Shown here piece after piece: positions 28,925 through 39,023 of a stretch of DNA of 64,000 bases. How positions within the stretch are numbered: the first letter of the stretch is position 1; every line of letters begins with the position of its first letter. Both the position numbers and the translations under genes were made by a program. Under the pieces are notes generated by a model, which searched no databases, was not told the origin of the DNA, and saw only the letters and a program-made list of their open reading frames with translations. Origin of the DNA: an uncultured Gemmatimonadaceae bacterium (GTDB lineage Bacteria; Gemmatimonadota; Gemmatimonadetes; Gemmatimonadales; Gemmatimonadaceae); assembly GCA_963817955.1 (NCBI GenBank), contig CAWFQK010000004.1:896001-960000 (forward strand), written 5' to 3'.

Positions 28925-30316
28925 TCAGCCCACGGTGAGCGCCTCGTGTGCCGGCTCGAAGGTCGCCGTGAAATGTCGCAGCACTTCCGGCGCATCCACC
29001 ATCCGAACTCCGCGGATGCGGTGCGCGATCGTATTCACGTGCAGCAGCACCTCGGCCACATAATCCACGTGACTCTGGGTATAGACGCGCCGGGGGAAGG
29101 CTAGCCTCACGAGCTCGAGGTCGGCCGGCCGCTCCGTGCCGTCAGGTTGGCGGCCAAACATCACAGAGCCAATCTCCGCGGCTCGGATGCCTCCCTCTAC
29201 ATACAGCACACAAGAGAGCGCCCAGGCCGGAAACTCACTCTGCGGAATGTGCGAGAGCCAGCGTTTTGCGTCCAGGTACAGGGCGTGCCCGCCCGTGGGC
29301 GTGACGATCGGAATGCCCGCCGCCAGGAGCTTCTCCCCCAAGTACTCGATGGACCGAATGCGATACCGGAGATAGTCCTCGTCCAGGGCCTCGCGCAATC
29401 CGACGGCGATGGCTTCCAGATCATAGCCGGCCAGGCCGCCGTAGGTCGGGAAACCTTCCGTCAACACCAGACGCGTGCGGCAACGCCGCGCCAGCGCTTC
29501 GTCGTTCATCGCCAAGAAGCCGCCGATGTTCGACATGCCATCTTTCTTTGCGCTCATCGTGCAGCCGTCCGCGAGCGCGAACAATTCACGCGCGATGGCG
29601 ATCGGCGTATGGCTCGCGTAGCCCGGTTCGCGGGTCTTGATGAACCACGCGTTCTCGGCAAACCGACAGGCGTCGATGAACAGCGGCACGCCAAAACGGT
29701 CGCACACCGCGCGCACGTCGCGCACGTTTCCGAGACTCACGGGCTGCCCGCCCTCGGAGTTGTTGGTGATCGTCACCATCACGAGCGGCACGTTGCCACG
29801 ATGCTCGCCGAGCACGCGCTCGAGCGCCGCCACATCCATGTTTCCCTTGAACGGGTGCATGGATTGCGGCTGATGCCCTTCGGGAATTGGGATGTCGAGC
29901 GCCACGCCTCCACGGTCCTGCACGTTGGCGCGCGTCGTGTCGAAGTGCGTGTTGTTGGGAACGATGTTGCCCTGACGCACCATGGTGGAGAACAGAATGT
30001 GCTCAGCCGCGCGTCCCTGGTGGGTGGGCACGACGTGCGCGAAGCCGGTCACGTCGCGCACGGCACGTTCGAACGCGGCGTACGAGCGTCCGCCGGCGTA
30101 TGACTCGTCGCCCTTCATCATTCCCGACCACTGATACACCGACATCGCTCCGGTGCCGGAGTCGGTGAGCAAGTCGATGAGCACGTCCTCCGCCTGGAGG
30201 AGGAACACATTGTGGTTCGCAGCGGCTAACGCGGCGGTTCGTTCGGCGCGGGTCGTCTGCCGGATCGGCTCGACCGTCTTGATGCGGAACGGCTCGATAA
30301 TCGTTCTGAAATTCAC
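28925..30316 (-). CDS. tnaA: Tryptophanase (beta-eliminating lyase family)
   Basis: EPFRIK, DLLTDSGT, THQGRAAE, MSAKKD (PLP Lys), LRHFTA (His as in tryptophanase; tyrosine phenol-lyase has Phe). Confidence 0.82.
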   Translation of the reverse strand: MNFRTIIEPFRIKTVEPIRQTTRAERTAALAAANHNVFLLQAEDVLIDLLTDSGTGAMSVYQWSGMMKGDESYAGGRSYAAFERAVRDVTGFAHVVPTHQGRAAEHILFSTMVRQGNIVPNNTHFDTTRANVQDRGGVALDIPIPEGHQPQSMHPFKGNMDVAALERVLGEHRGNVPLVMVTITNNSEGGQPVSLGNVRDVRAVCDRFGVPLFIDACRFAENAWFIKTREPGYASHTPIAIARELFALADGCTMSAKKDGMSNIGGFLAMNDEALARRCRTRLVLTEGFPTYGGLAGYDLEAIAVGLREALDEDYLRYRIRSIEYLGEKLLAAGIPIVTPTGGHALYLDAKRWLSHIPQSEFPAWALSCVLYVEGGIRAAEIGSVMFGRQPDGTERPADLELVRLAFPRRVYTQSHVDYVAEVLLHVNTIAHRIRGVRMVDAPEVLRHFTATFEPAHEALTVG

Positions 30317-30478
30317 TCGTTTGGCGTAGTTAGAGATCCCCGATTCTGGCGGAACAGGCGCTGACGCGCAGTCGGGGAATCACCGACGGTCGTGGCCGCC
30401 TCGGGGCGCAGCTGTTGCAGTATAGTCGCGCCTGCGGGCATCGGTGCGCATGTCACCAGGGTTCTACGATTGGACGAC

Positions 30479-32338
30479 ATGCGGTTTTCCTCATCCCCAG
30501 ATCATTTCCCCGAGGCCGCCATTTCTCCGGAGACACCAGCTCGACCCGGCCCAGTGCCCCATGGCTCGGTGACCCACGTTACCCGGAAGATCCGGCGTGC
30601 CGCATTCGTTGGTGCGGCGGCGCTGATCGCCATTGCCGCAACCATGGCAGTGATGACCAGGGTACAGCGCTCGACACATTACTGGGTGCAACATGCCCGC
30701 GACGCGGCACGGCTAGCCCAGTTGACGGTGACTTTGCTCGACGAAGCCGACCAGGCCCACGAAGAAGGGCGGGAGCTCAGTGAGTCGAACGAGCCTGCGC
30801 CGCCGAATGAATCGGAAAGGCTCCTGCTGAGCGCGGTCGATTCTCTCGCACGGATAACGAGGACCCAAGAGCATCGCGCGCTCGCATTACGGTTTCGGGC
30901 CGCGGTTCTGCGATGGGAGAGTGTCGTCACACAGCCGATCCGCCCGAAGCAGAACGACGAGGCGGCGAGACTCCTCGCTGCGTTCTCCGCGGCGCGGAAC
31001 CTGGGCGACTCGCTCGTGCGCGCGGAGGATTCGGAGTTCGCGGATCGCCTGCAGGCGTCCGATGTGGAACACAGCGCCTCGTTGGCCGCGATTCTCCTCG
31101 AAGTGGCTTTCGTGCTGATCGTGCTTGGGCTGATGACAGCGCACATCACCCGACAGACCGAGGGCATCGAGCGGCAGACCGTCGAGCTGGCCGCGTCCGT
31201 GACCGACGCGACCGCGAACCAGCGCCGCGCCGAGGCGTTCGCTCGCCAGAAAGAACGAGTGACCGCTGTTCTCGACGCGGTCCTCGGATCCACGCCAATC
31301 GCCTTTGCATTCTTTGATGCCGACCTGCGCTTCTTGCGTGTGAACGCCAGTCTCGCTCAGCTGAACGGGCGTTCACCTGAGGAGCACGTTGGCTGCACCC
31401 TGCGCGACGTCGCACCGTGGATTGCCGATGAGGCCGAGCCGTACCTCGTGCAGACGCGCGCCACGCGCGAGCCTGTGGTCAACGTGCCAATCACCGAACG
31501 GCGGGACCATACGCGCGCGCGGCGATTCCTCACAAACTGGTATCCGATCCACACCGAAGACGGGGAGTTCCTCGGCGTCGGCGCGACAATGATGGACGTC
31601 ACCGAGCACGACCAGCTCATTGCGCAACTGCAGCAGGCACAGAAGATGGACGCCATCGGGCGACTCGCCGGCGGCATCACCCATGATTTCAACAACCTGC
31701 TCACGGTCATTCGCGCGAATGTGGACTTTGCCGACAAGAACCCAGACCTCCGGGAGAGTCGGCCCGAGCTCAATGAGATCCGCGCGGCCGTCGATCGCGC
31801 CACCTCACTGACGCGACAGCTCCTGGCGTTCAGCCGGCAGCAACCCGTGGAAGGGCTGCTCGTGAACCCCAACGCGGTCGTCGACGGAATGCGCCAGTTG
31901 CTGCTGCGACTCCTGAACGGCGGCCCTCAAATTCAGATCGACCTTTCGCCGGCGATACACCGCGTTCGCGTCGATCCGAGCCAGCTCGAGCAGGTCATTA
32001 TGAACCTTGCGATCAACGCTGCCGACGCGATGCCAAACGGGGGCACGGTCACGATCCGCACGAAACATGTGGTGCTGCCGCAGCCGGATGCTCCCGCCGA
32101 TGCTCCGCCAGGCGCCTATGTGCTGCTCACCGTGTGCGACACGGGCGAAGGGATGGACGCCGCCACGCTGGACCGGATCTTCGAGCCGTTCTTCACCACG
32201 AAGGAGCTGGGCCGCGGCACGGGGCTGGGGCTCGCCACGGTCTACAGCATCGTGCGACAGTCGCACGGATCCATTGGCGTCACCAGCCGGCCGGGGGAAG
32301 GAAGCACGTTCAGCGTGTATCTGCCTGTGGCAGCGTAA
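30479..32338 (+). CDS. Membrane PAS sensor histidine kinase without receiver (start uncertain)
   Basis: 2 TM, PAS, GITHDFNNLL, NLAINAADA, DTGEG, PFFTTK..GTGLGL. Confidence 0.9.
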   Translation: MRFSSSPDHFPEAAISPETPARPGPVPHGSVTHVTRKIRRAAFVGAAALIAIAATMAVMTRVQRSTHYWVQHARDAARLAQLTVTLLDEADQAHEEGRELSESNEPAPPNESERLLLSAVDSLARITRTQEHRALALRFRAAVLRWESVVTQPIRPKQNDEAARLLAAFSAARNLGDSLVRAEDSEFADRLQASDVEHSASLAAILLEVAFVLIVLGLMTAHITRQTEGIERQTVELAASVTDATANQRRAEAFARQKERVTAVLDAVLGSTPIAFAFFDADLRFLRVNASLAQLNGRSPEEHVGCTLRDVAPWIADEAEPYLVQTRATREPVVNVPITERRDHTRARRFLTNWYPIHTEDGEFLGVGATMMDVTEHDQLIAQLQQAQKMDAIGRLAGGITHDFNNLLTVIRANVDFADKNPDLRESRPELNEIRAAVDRATSLTRQLLAFSRQQPVEGLLVNPNAVVDGMRQLLLRLLNGGPQIQIDLSPAIHRVRVDPSQLEQVIMNLAINAADAMPNGGTVTIRTKHVVLPQPDAPADAPPGAYVLLTVCDTGEGMDAATLDRIFEPFFTTKELGRGTGLGLATVYSIVRQSHGSIGVTSRPGEGSTFSVYLPVAA

Positions 32339-32373
32339 CGGCGCCTCGGCTCGGCCCGTGAGTGCACGACGGC

Positions 32374-32916
32374 TCACTCGATTCCAGCGAACACCTCGCT
32401 CAAGTCAACGCGTACGTCGAAGTCGAGCGTCGGCACGCGCCAGAGAATGGCGTCGTGCACCGTCTCGTGTGTTCCTGGCACGCGCGACACCTCGACGCTG
32501 CGGTCAGTCTTGTCCACGAGCCAGACCTCGTGAACGCCAAGGGCGAGATACGCGTCGCGCTTGAATTCCCGGTCGTACACCCGGGAAGAAGGACTGAGAA
32601 TCTCCACCGCCAGCCAGTGTTCAGTTGTGTCCGCCCACTTCTCACCGAGCGGATACCGGGCCGGGACCACGAGGATGTCCGGCTCGAGCTGCGTCCGTGG
32701 TGGAAATGACACCGCGCCCGGGAGGTAGACGAAAGCATGACCCGGTCCTTGAAGGGCGTTCATGAAAACGTGCGCGAGCCGCGACGCAATCAATTGATGC
32801 GCGTTGCTCGGAGCGGGGGTCACGAGTAGCACCCCATCGAGCAGCTCGTACCGGTTCCCGTCGTGCGGGAAATGCTCGAGGTCCTCGACCGTGTAATACG
32901 GGATCGTGGCAGGCAT
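32374..32916 (-). CDS. Uma2 family (DUF820) putative endonuclease
   Basis: RYELLDG, PAP..HQ, EPDI, LAVEILSPS, K..Y..GV.E.WLVD. Confidence 0.9.
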   Translation of the reverse strand: MPATIPYYTVEDLEHFPHDGNRYELLDGVLLVTPAPSNAHQLIASRLAHVFMNALQGPGHAFVYLPGAVSFPPRTQLEPDILVVPARYPLGEKWADTTEHWLAVEILSPSSRVYDREFKRDAYLALGVHEVWLVDKTDRSVEVSRVPGTHETVHDAILWRVPTLDFDVRVDLSEVFAGIE

Positions 32917-33214
32917 ACCCATACTCTATGCTCTCTGGCGCAGGTTTGTCCACTCGGCATCGCGGTGAACCTGCCAGGCTTGGCCTGGGAATGCGTCACC
33001 AATTCGATGCAGCTCGGACGAAAGACCGCGTCGAGCTGAGCCGCGGGCGAGTGTGAACGGAGGCGTAGCAGATGCGCTGTGCGGCAACTATCGCCATTTG
33101 ACCTTGCTCCAGCAGGCCCTTCAGACCAAACTCTCTTCTCCGCAGACCGCCTCGGCATAAGCAGCAACACCATGCGGTATCGCCTGAATTGCGACTACGA
33201 AACGGACATTCCCC

Positions 33215-33373
33215 ATGCCAGACGATGCGGCACCACACTTTGTGTTAACCGCTGAGCAGCGATCGACATTGATTCCAAACATCAATGTCGCGCACTCGGA
33301 CTCGAAGCTGCCGGGCCGAGAGATTGCCAGAGCGGCGCTCGCGGCGAAGAAGCTCCCGCCTTCGAAAGAGTGA
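33215..33373 (+). CDS. Possible small ORF or gene remnant (52 aa)
   Basis: Manual translation MPDDAAPHFVLTAEQRSTLIPNINV...KE*; unsupported otherwise. Confidence 0.25.
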   Translation: MPDDAAPHFVLTAEQRSTLIPNINVAHSDSKLPGREIARAALAAKKLPPSKE

Positions 33374-33386
33374 GGAGTTACGCCAC

Positions 33387-34895
33387 TCAACGCGGCCGAT
33401 ACCGCAGCGCCTCGGCGACATGCGGCGGTTCGACTGTATCGCATTGTTCGATATCGGCAATCGTTCTCGACACGCGAAGCACGCGATGGTAGCCGCGGGC
33501 CGAGAGCTTGAGCGATTCCATGGCCGCGCCAAGCAACGCCCGGGCCTCTGGCTCGATCCGACCGTGCGACAACAGCCAGCGGCCTGACGCATGCGCGTTG
33601 CAGCGAACGCCAGGGACGCGCGCATAGCGAAGGCGCTGTGCGGCACGGCTCCGTTCGACGCGGAACCGAATGCTCGCCGACAGCTCACCGTCGCTCGCCT
33701 GCTGCAGGGCAAGCGACGGCACGGCGCCGAGCGCGACGTGCATATCGATGCGGTCGGCGAGTGGACCGGACAGGCGACTGCGATAGCGAACGATCTCCGG
33801 CTCCGAGCAAGTACACACCCGCGTCGGCTCGCCAGCATTGCCGCACGGACAGGGGTTCATGGCAGCGACGAGCGAGAAACGCGCGGGAAACGCGACGCTG
33901 ACAGCGGCGCGCGCGATGACGACAATTCCATCCTCGAGCGGCTGCCGGAGCGCCTCGAGGGCGCCGCGAGGAAACTCGAGCAGTTCGTCGAGAAAGAGGA
34001 CTCCGTGGTGCGCGAGACTCACTTCGCCGGGACGTGGAACTCCGCCGCCGCCGACGAGTCCCGCCGACGAGATGGAGTGATGCGGCGCGCGAAACGGCCG
34101 CGCGGTCAGACAGTTTCCCTGCGAGGAGAGCAGGCCCGCAACCGAGTGGATGGCCGTGACCTCGAGCGCTTCGTCGTCGGTGAGCAAAGGAAGAATTGAT
34201 GGCAAGCGCCGGGCGAGCATGGTCTTTCCGGCACCGGGCGGTCCCACCAGCAAACATGCATGCGCGCCAGCCGCCGCAATCTCCAACGCGCGCTTCGCGC
34301 TCTCTTGCCCAACGACGTCGGCAAAGTCGGCCCCGTCGTCCGGTATACTCTGCCGCTCCGGTGCCGTCGCAAATTCGAGCGCACTGCCGTGTAACGCGCC
34401 GACGAGCTCGCACAGAGTAGATGGCGCAACGAGTGGGACCGATCGCACCAGGGCCGCCTCGGCGACGTTGACCGGCGGCACGACGAGCGCGCGGACGTCC
34501 GCCTGACCGGCAAGGTGCCGTGCAACGGACAACACGCCGCGCACACCGCGCACCGCGCCGTCCAGGCCCAGTTCGCCGAGCAACGTCAAGCCGTGCACCG
34601 ATGCCGGCCGCACCACACCCAGGGCGACGAGCAACCCGATAGCGATGGGCAGATCGAATCCGGTGCCGGATTTTCGGAGGTCGCCTGGCGACAGACTCAC
34701 CGTGATTCGGCGGGCCGGCAACGCGAAGCCAGAGTTGGCGAGCGCTGCCGACACACGTTCGCGACTCTCCTTGACCTCTCCGGCTGGCAGCCCAACGATG
34801 TTCCAGCGCGGCAACCCGTTCGCGACGTCCACCTCGACGTAGACGTCGTAGGCATCTATCCCGAACACGGCAGCAGAGCGGATGGCGGCGAGCAT
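33387..34895 (-). CDS. comM: YifB/ComM family Mg-chelatase-like AAA ATPase
   Basis: VKESRERV, FDLPIA, GPPGAGKT, PFRAPHH, PGEVSLAH.GVLFLDE, MNPCPCG. Confidence 0.93.
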   Translation of the reverse strand: MLAAIRSAAVFGIDAYDVYVEVDVANGLPRWNIVGLPAGEVKESRERVSAALANSGFALPARRITVSLSPGDLRKSGTGFDLPIAIGLLVALGVVRPASVHGLTLLGELGLDGAVRGVRGVLSVARHLAGQADVRALVVPPVNVAEAALVRSVPLVAPSTLCELVGALHGSALEFATAPERQSIPDDGADFADVVGQESAKRALEIAAAGAHACLLVGPPGAGKTMLARRLPSILPLLTDDEALEVTAIHSVAGLLSSQGNCLTARPFRAPHHSISSAGLVGGGGVPRPGEVSLAHHGVLFLDELLEFPRGALEALRQPLEDGIVVIARAAVSVAFPARFSLVAAMNPCPCGNAGEPTRVCTCSEPEIVRYRSRLSGPLADRIDMHVALGAVPSLALQQASDGELSASIRFRVERSRAAQRLRYARVPGVRCNAHASGRWLLSHGRIEPEARALLGAAMESLKLSARGYHRVLRVSRTIADIEQCDTVEPPHVAEALRYRPR

Positions 34896-34973
34896 ATGCT
34901 CACCGTAGCCGAAGCCCGCGCCGAGCCATCATCAACGCATTGCGCGTTGTGTCACGGGAGCGCGATACTGGTC

Positions 34974-35019
34974 GAGACATGGGACACGAGACACGGGACA
35001 CGGGACACGGGACACGAGA
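34974..35019. repeat. Heptamer array (GACACGR)n, ~6 units
   Basis: gagacat gggacac gagacac gggacac gggacac gggacac. Confidence 0.9.
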
Positions 35020-35056
35020 AACAACAAACTCGCCCCTAACGGATGCTACCGCGTCC

Positions 35057-35368
35057 TCAGCCCGAGCCTATCCGTCGCCGAATGTCTCGTGCGCCCGAGG
35101 CGACGCCGAACCCCACGCCGCCGCCAAACAAGAGCGCCGTTCCCGTGCCGACGATCGGCAGAAGCCAGACGACCGGGGCCGCGATGATGGCGGCTATGAC
35201 ACCCACGACCACAGGCACCATCCCCCCATGCACCGCGTCGACATAACGCAGCTTGTTTGTCGTGAACTTGCGCGCCTGCCAATATCCCATTGCGGTGGCG
35301 AAGCCTGCGGCGGCGAGTGACGCGACGGATGCGATAAAATGAAGCACGACGTCCCTCCCAAGTGACAT
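35057..35368 (-). CDS. Small hypothetical membrane protein
   Basis: 2-3 hydrophobic segments; start uncertain. Confidence 0.75.
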   Translation of the reverse strand: MSLGRDVVLHFIASVASLAAAGFATAMGYWQARKFTTNKLRYVDAVHGGMVPVVVGVIAAIIAAPVVWLLPIVGTGTALLFGGGVGFGVASGARDIRRRIGSG

Positions 35369-35494
35369 GCGCGAACCTGCCAATCTATACGGAACTGTTG
35401 CCTCCGAGTTTCAGGCGGACGCTGGTTTCCCCTCCCAGGGACGAATAGCTTAGGCACATCCGCTCGCTCCGACAACGCCAGCCACGAGCGCCCA

Positions 35495-35809
35495 ATGGTT
35501 TTGTTGCGGGTCGTCCGTCACGATCGGCACGATCACGTGCTTGCCGAGTGCCAGAGCGCGGTCGTTCCGGCTCGTGGCGAGTTGCTCCAGCTCGATACGG
35601 TCAATGCGTTCGGTGACATGACGCTGCCGAGCACTCTGTGGCGCGTCGTCGCCGTGACTCTGCACGTTCCGTCACTGGCGTCATCCGCGCCCAGCGATGG
35701 ATCGGCGTTATGCGTCAAGGATGTGGAGGTCAGCGTGCTGCCGGATGTCGCGCTCGTCCCCGAGTTTGCGGCGGCCGCCGAAGAGATCCTTCGACAGTCC
35801 AATGCGTAA
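35495..35809 (+). CDS. Hypothetical protein
   Basis: Coding-like ORF directly upstream of the kinase. Confidence 0.65.
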   Translation: MVLLRVVRHDRHDHVLAECQSAVVPARGELLQLDTVNAFGDMTLPSTLWRVVAVTLHVPSLASSAPSDGSALCVKDVEVSVLPDVALVPEFAAAAEEILRQSNA

Positions 35810-35831
35810 CGATGCTTTCAGGCCGTTAGTG

Positions 35832-37607
35832 ATGAGCGAATCCGCACCCGAGATGTACAGCGTCACCCAGGAGGTGCCGGCGCATCTGCGCGACTGGCAG
35901 CTGCCGCCGGGTTGGAGCTGGGGCGCCGACGGGTTGAATACGCAGAATCGCCATTACCAGGAAGTGATCGACGCACTCGGCCGGTCGCTCTCCCTGGTGA
36001 GCGCGCCGGATCCCGAACACTACAAGTGGCTGGAGGCGGAAGCGCGCCATCTGGCACACCGGAACCACACCGCGATGCCGACGACGTACCATTATTGGGC
36101 GTCGTACTCGGAGAGTCGCCGCGGACCAGGATACCTGCGCCGCTGGATCGCCGGCGAAACGATTGGTGCGCGGTTACGCCGTATGGGAACCGACGACGTA
36201 CCGGGCGTCATGCGCCTCATGCGCGAGATCGGCTCGGCGCTCAGCTACCTGCACGACCTCGGCACCGTCCATGGCTGCATGTCGCCTGAAACGGTCTGGA
36301 CCACGCCGATGGGGCGTCTCTGGATCATTGGTTGGCAGTGGGCCATGCCGGCAAGTGAGATTCCGGATGGGCTCGTACCGGACTTTCGCCTCATGCCGGT
36401 CCCGAGCGAGTGGGCCGGCGGTCGATGGGCGCCCACACCGCTGACCGATCAGTGGCAGCTCGCAGCCACGTGCTTTGCGTCGCTCACGAACGAAGTGCCA
36501 CTACCGGGCAGGACTCCGCCTATTCAACTGTTGCGTCCGGATTGTCCCCAGGCAGTCGCCACGGTCATCGACCGGGCGCTGAATGCCGACCCGGCGCAGC
36601 GCTATTCCTCCATGGCCGCCATGCTCCGCGCGGTAGATCGCGTGGTCGGCAGCCGGACCATGGTCATGCTTGCCGGCGACGAGCCCGGCATCAAGTTCAC
36701 CTCCGAGTCCGCCGAAGTGCGGCTCCGCTGGGCGCTCGCCGACGACTACGAAGTACTCGCGGCGCTCGGATCGGGATCGTTCGGCTCGGTGTGGCGTGTT
36801 CGCGATCTGTCGCTCGGCCGCGAGGTGGCGCTCAAGCTCCTCCACCCCCACGTGGCCCGCGACGAGGGGGCCGTCGGCAGGTTCCGGCGCGAAGCAAAGC
36901 TCACTGCCCAACTCGCGCACCCGGCGCTGGTGCCGATCTTCGACTGGGACAGCCGCGGCGACGTGGCGTGGTACACAATGGAACTGGCTGAGAGCGGATC
37001 GGTCGCCGATCTCATCGCGCGCTCGGGGCCGCGCCCGTTGTCCGAGATTGCCCCACAGGTCGACTTCGTATTGAGCGGCCTCGCCGCGGCGCATGCGGTG
37101 GGCATCATCCATCGCGACCTCAAGCCGGAAAATGTGTTGATCGACCGGTATCGCCGTTGGCGTTTGGCCGACTTCGGTATTGCCAACATGACCGGGGAAG
37201 AAATCGCCGGTGCGTCGGGCACACCGGCCTTTGCCGCGCCCGAGCAATTGCTCGGGGAGCCGCAAGACGCCGCGGCAGACTGTTTCTCGCTCGCCGCGAT
37301 CGTGGCGTTTGCGCTCAGCGGCACTCCGCCGTTCGGCGAACGCGACAGCGCGACGATTCTCTCGCGGGCGTTGCGCGGCGACGTGGACCTTTCAGCGTAT
37401 GCGCCCGAGATCACCGACTGGCTCCGTCGCGGGTTGGCCGCCAAACCGGAAGACCGTTTCGAGGATGCCGCCGCCATGCAGGCCGGCTGGCGCGAGGCCG
37501 TACAGCGCGTCTTCGAGCGCGAGCGCCAGGTGCCGTGGTGGCGACGCTGGTTCGGCGCCGATGGCGCGGGAGTCGCGTGGACTGGAGACTCCCTCTACAC
37601 CGCCTGA
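35832..37607 (+). CDS. Tandem pseudokinase-kinase Ser/Thr protein kinase
   Basis: C-domain GSGSFG, VALK, HRDLKPEN, DFG, APE; N-domain degenerate HGCMSPET. Confidence 0.88.
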   Translation: MSESAPEMYSVTQEVPAHLRDWQLPPGWSWGADGLNTQNRHYQEVIDALGRSLSLVSAPDPEHYKWLEAEARHLAHRNHTAMPTTYHYWASYSESRRGPGYLRRWIAGETIGARLRRMGTDDVPGVMRLMREIGSALSYLHDLGTVHGCMSPETVWTTPMGRLWIIGWQWAMPASEIPDGLVPDFRLMPVPSEWAGGRWAPTPLTDQWQLAATCFASLTNEVPLPGRTPPIQLLRPDCPQAVATVIDRALNADPAQRYSSMAAMLRAVDRVVGSRTMVMLAGDEPGIKFTSESAEVRLRWALADDYEVLAALGSGSFGSVWRVRDLSLGREVALKLLHPHVARDEGAVGRFRREAKLTAQLAHPALVPIFDWDSRGDVAWYTMELAESGSVADLIARSGPRPLSEIAPQVDFVLSGLAAAHAVGIIHRDLKPENVLIDRYRRWRLADFGIANMTGEEIAGASGTPAFAAPEQLLGEPQDAAADCFSLAAIVAFALSGTPPFGERDSATILSRALRGDVDLSAYAPEITDWLRRGLAAKPEDRFEDAAAMQAGWREAVQRVFERERQVPWWRRWFGADGAGVAWTGDSLYTA

Positions 37608-37616
37608 CGGTGCGCC

Positions 37617-39014
37617 ATGCCAATCGAGACGGTCAACCCCACCACCGGTGAACGCGTCTGCGCCTTTCCGGCACTGACGTTCAAGGAGATCGAGGAGAAA
37701 CTGGCGCTCGCTCATCGAGTAGCGCGGAGTTGGGGCGCGGCGCCGATGGCCGAACGCACAGACGTGTTGCACCGCGCGGGATTGCTCCTGGAGGAGCGAA
37801 AACGCGAGTACGGGCGGCTGATGACGCTCGAGATGGGCAAGCCGATCAAGGCGGCGATCGACGAAGCCGCCAAGTGTGCGACGGCATGCCAATACTACGC
37901 CGAGCATGCGCCGGCTTTTCTTGCCGACGAGCCGGTGGAGGCGAAGAACGAGCGGAGCTTCGTGGCCTTCGAACCGCTCGGCGTGGTGCTCGCGGTCATG
38001 CCGTGGAATTTCCCGTTCTGGCAGGTCATCCGCTTCGCCGCGCCGGCGGTCGCCGCAGGGAACGTCGGACTGCTCAAGCATTCGTCCAACGTGCCGCAGT
38101 GTGCGCTCGCGCTCGAACAGCTGTTCGCCGACGCCGGCGCGCCGGGTGGCGCGTTTCAGACATTGCTCATCGGTTCGGCGGCCGTTGCCGATATCATCCG
38201 GGATGATCGGGTTGCCGCGGTTACGCTCACCGGCAGTGAGGCAGCAGGAAGCGCCGTAGCCGCCACCGCAGGCAAGCACATCAAGAAGACAGTGCTCGAG
38301 CTCGGCGGCAGCGATCCGTTCATTGTCATGCCGAGCGCGGACCTCGACCTCGCCGTCAAGACGGCCGTGACGGCACGCACAATCAACAACGGCCAGTCAT
38401 GCATCGCGGCCAAGCGATTCATCGTCGCCGAATCGGTGATCGACCGCTTCACTGAGGCATTCGTCGAGCGAATGCGCGGTCTCGTCGTTGGCGATCCCAT
38501 GGACGAGGCGACGAACATCGGGCCGCTGGCCATGCCGCAAATTCGCGACGATTTGCACGATCAGGTTCGGCGCTCCGTGGCCGCCGGTGCAACACTGTTG
38601 CTCGGCGGAAACCCAGGCAACGGCCGCGGCTATTTCTACCCCCCGACAGTCCTTGGCAACGTTCCGCTCAGTGCTCCCGCCCTCCGCGAGGAGACATTCG
38701 GACCACTGGCGGCCATCATTCCCGCGCGTGACGCGCGCCATGCCATCGAGATTGCCAACAATTCGCCGTTCGGACTCGGGGCCGCGGCATGGACGAGGGA
38801 CGCGGAAGAGATCGAGCAGTTCGCGCGCCACCTCGCCGCGGGATGCGTCGTCATCAACGGCATGGTCGCGTCCGACCCGCGCTTCCCATTTGGTGGCGTC
38901 AAGAAGTCGGGCTACGGCCGCGAGTTGAGCGCGTTCGGGTTACGCGAGTTCGTCAATATCAAGACAGTCAGAATGATGGACATCGGCACGCCGGAACGCT
39001 CGAAGACGGAATGA
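37617..39014 (+). CDS. NAD(P)-dependent succinate-semialdehyde dehydrogenase (Sad/GabD1-like)
   Basis: VMPWNFPFWQVIRF, LELGGSDP, NNGQSCIAAKRF, GYGRELS. Confidence 0.9.
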   Translation: MPIETVNPTTGERVCAFPALTFKEIEEKLALAHRVARSWGAAPMAERTDVLHRAGLLLEERKREYGRLMTLEMGKPIKAAIDEAAKCATACQYYAEHAPAFLADEPVEAKNERSFVAFEPLGVVLAVMPWNFPFWQVIRFAAPAVAAGNVGLLKHSSNVPQCALALEQLFADAGAPGGAFQTLLIGSAAVADIIRDDRVAAVTLTGSEAAGSAVAATAGKHIKKTVLELGGSDPFIVMPSADLDLAVKTAVTARTINNGQSCIAAKRFIVAESVIDRFTEAFVERMRGLVVGDPMDEATNIGPLAMPQIRDDLHDQVRRSVAAGATLLLGGNPGNGRGYFYPPTVLGNVPLSAPALREETFGPLAAIIPARDARHAIEIANNSPFGLGAAAWTRDAEEIEQFARHLAAGCVVINGMVASDPRFPFGGVKKSGYGRELSAFGLREFVNIKTVRMMDIGTPERSKTE

Positions 39015-39023
39015 CGCGGTGCG

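Noticed and set aside
32374..32916. Uma2 as part of a defence island
   Set aside because: Solitary; family is commonly multicopy; no methylase or partner genes
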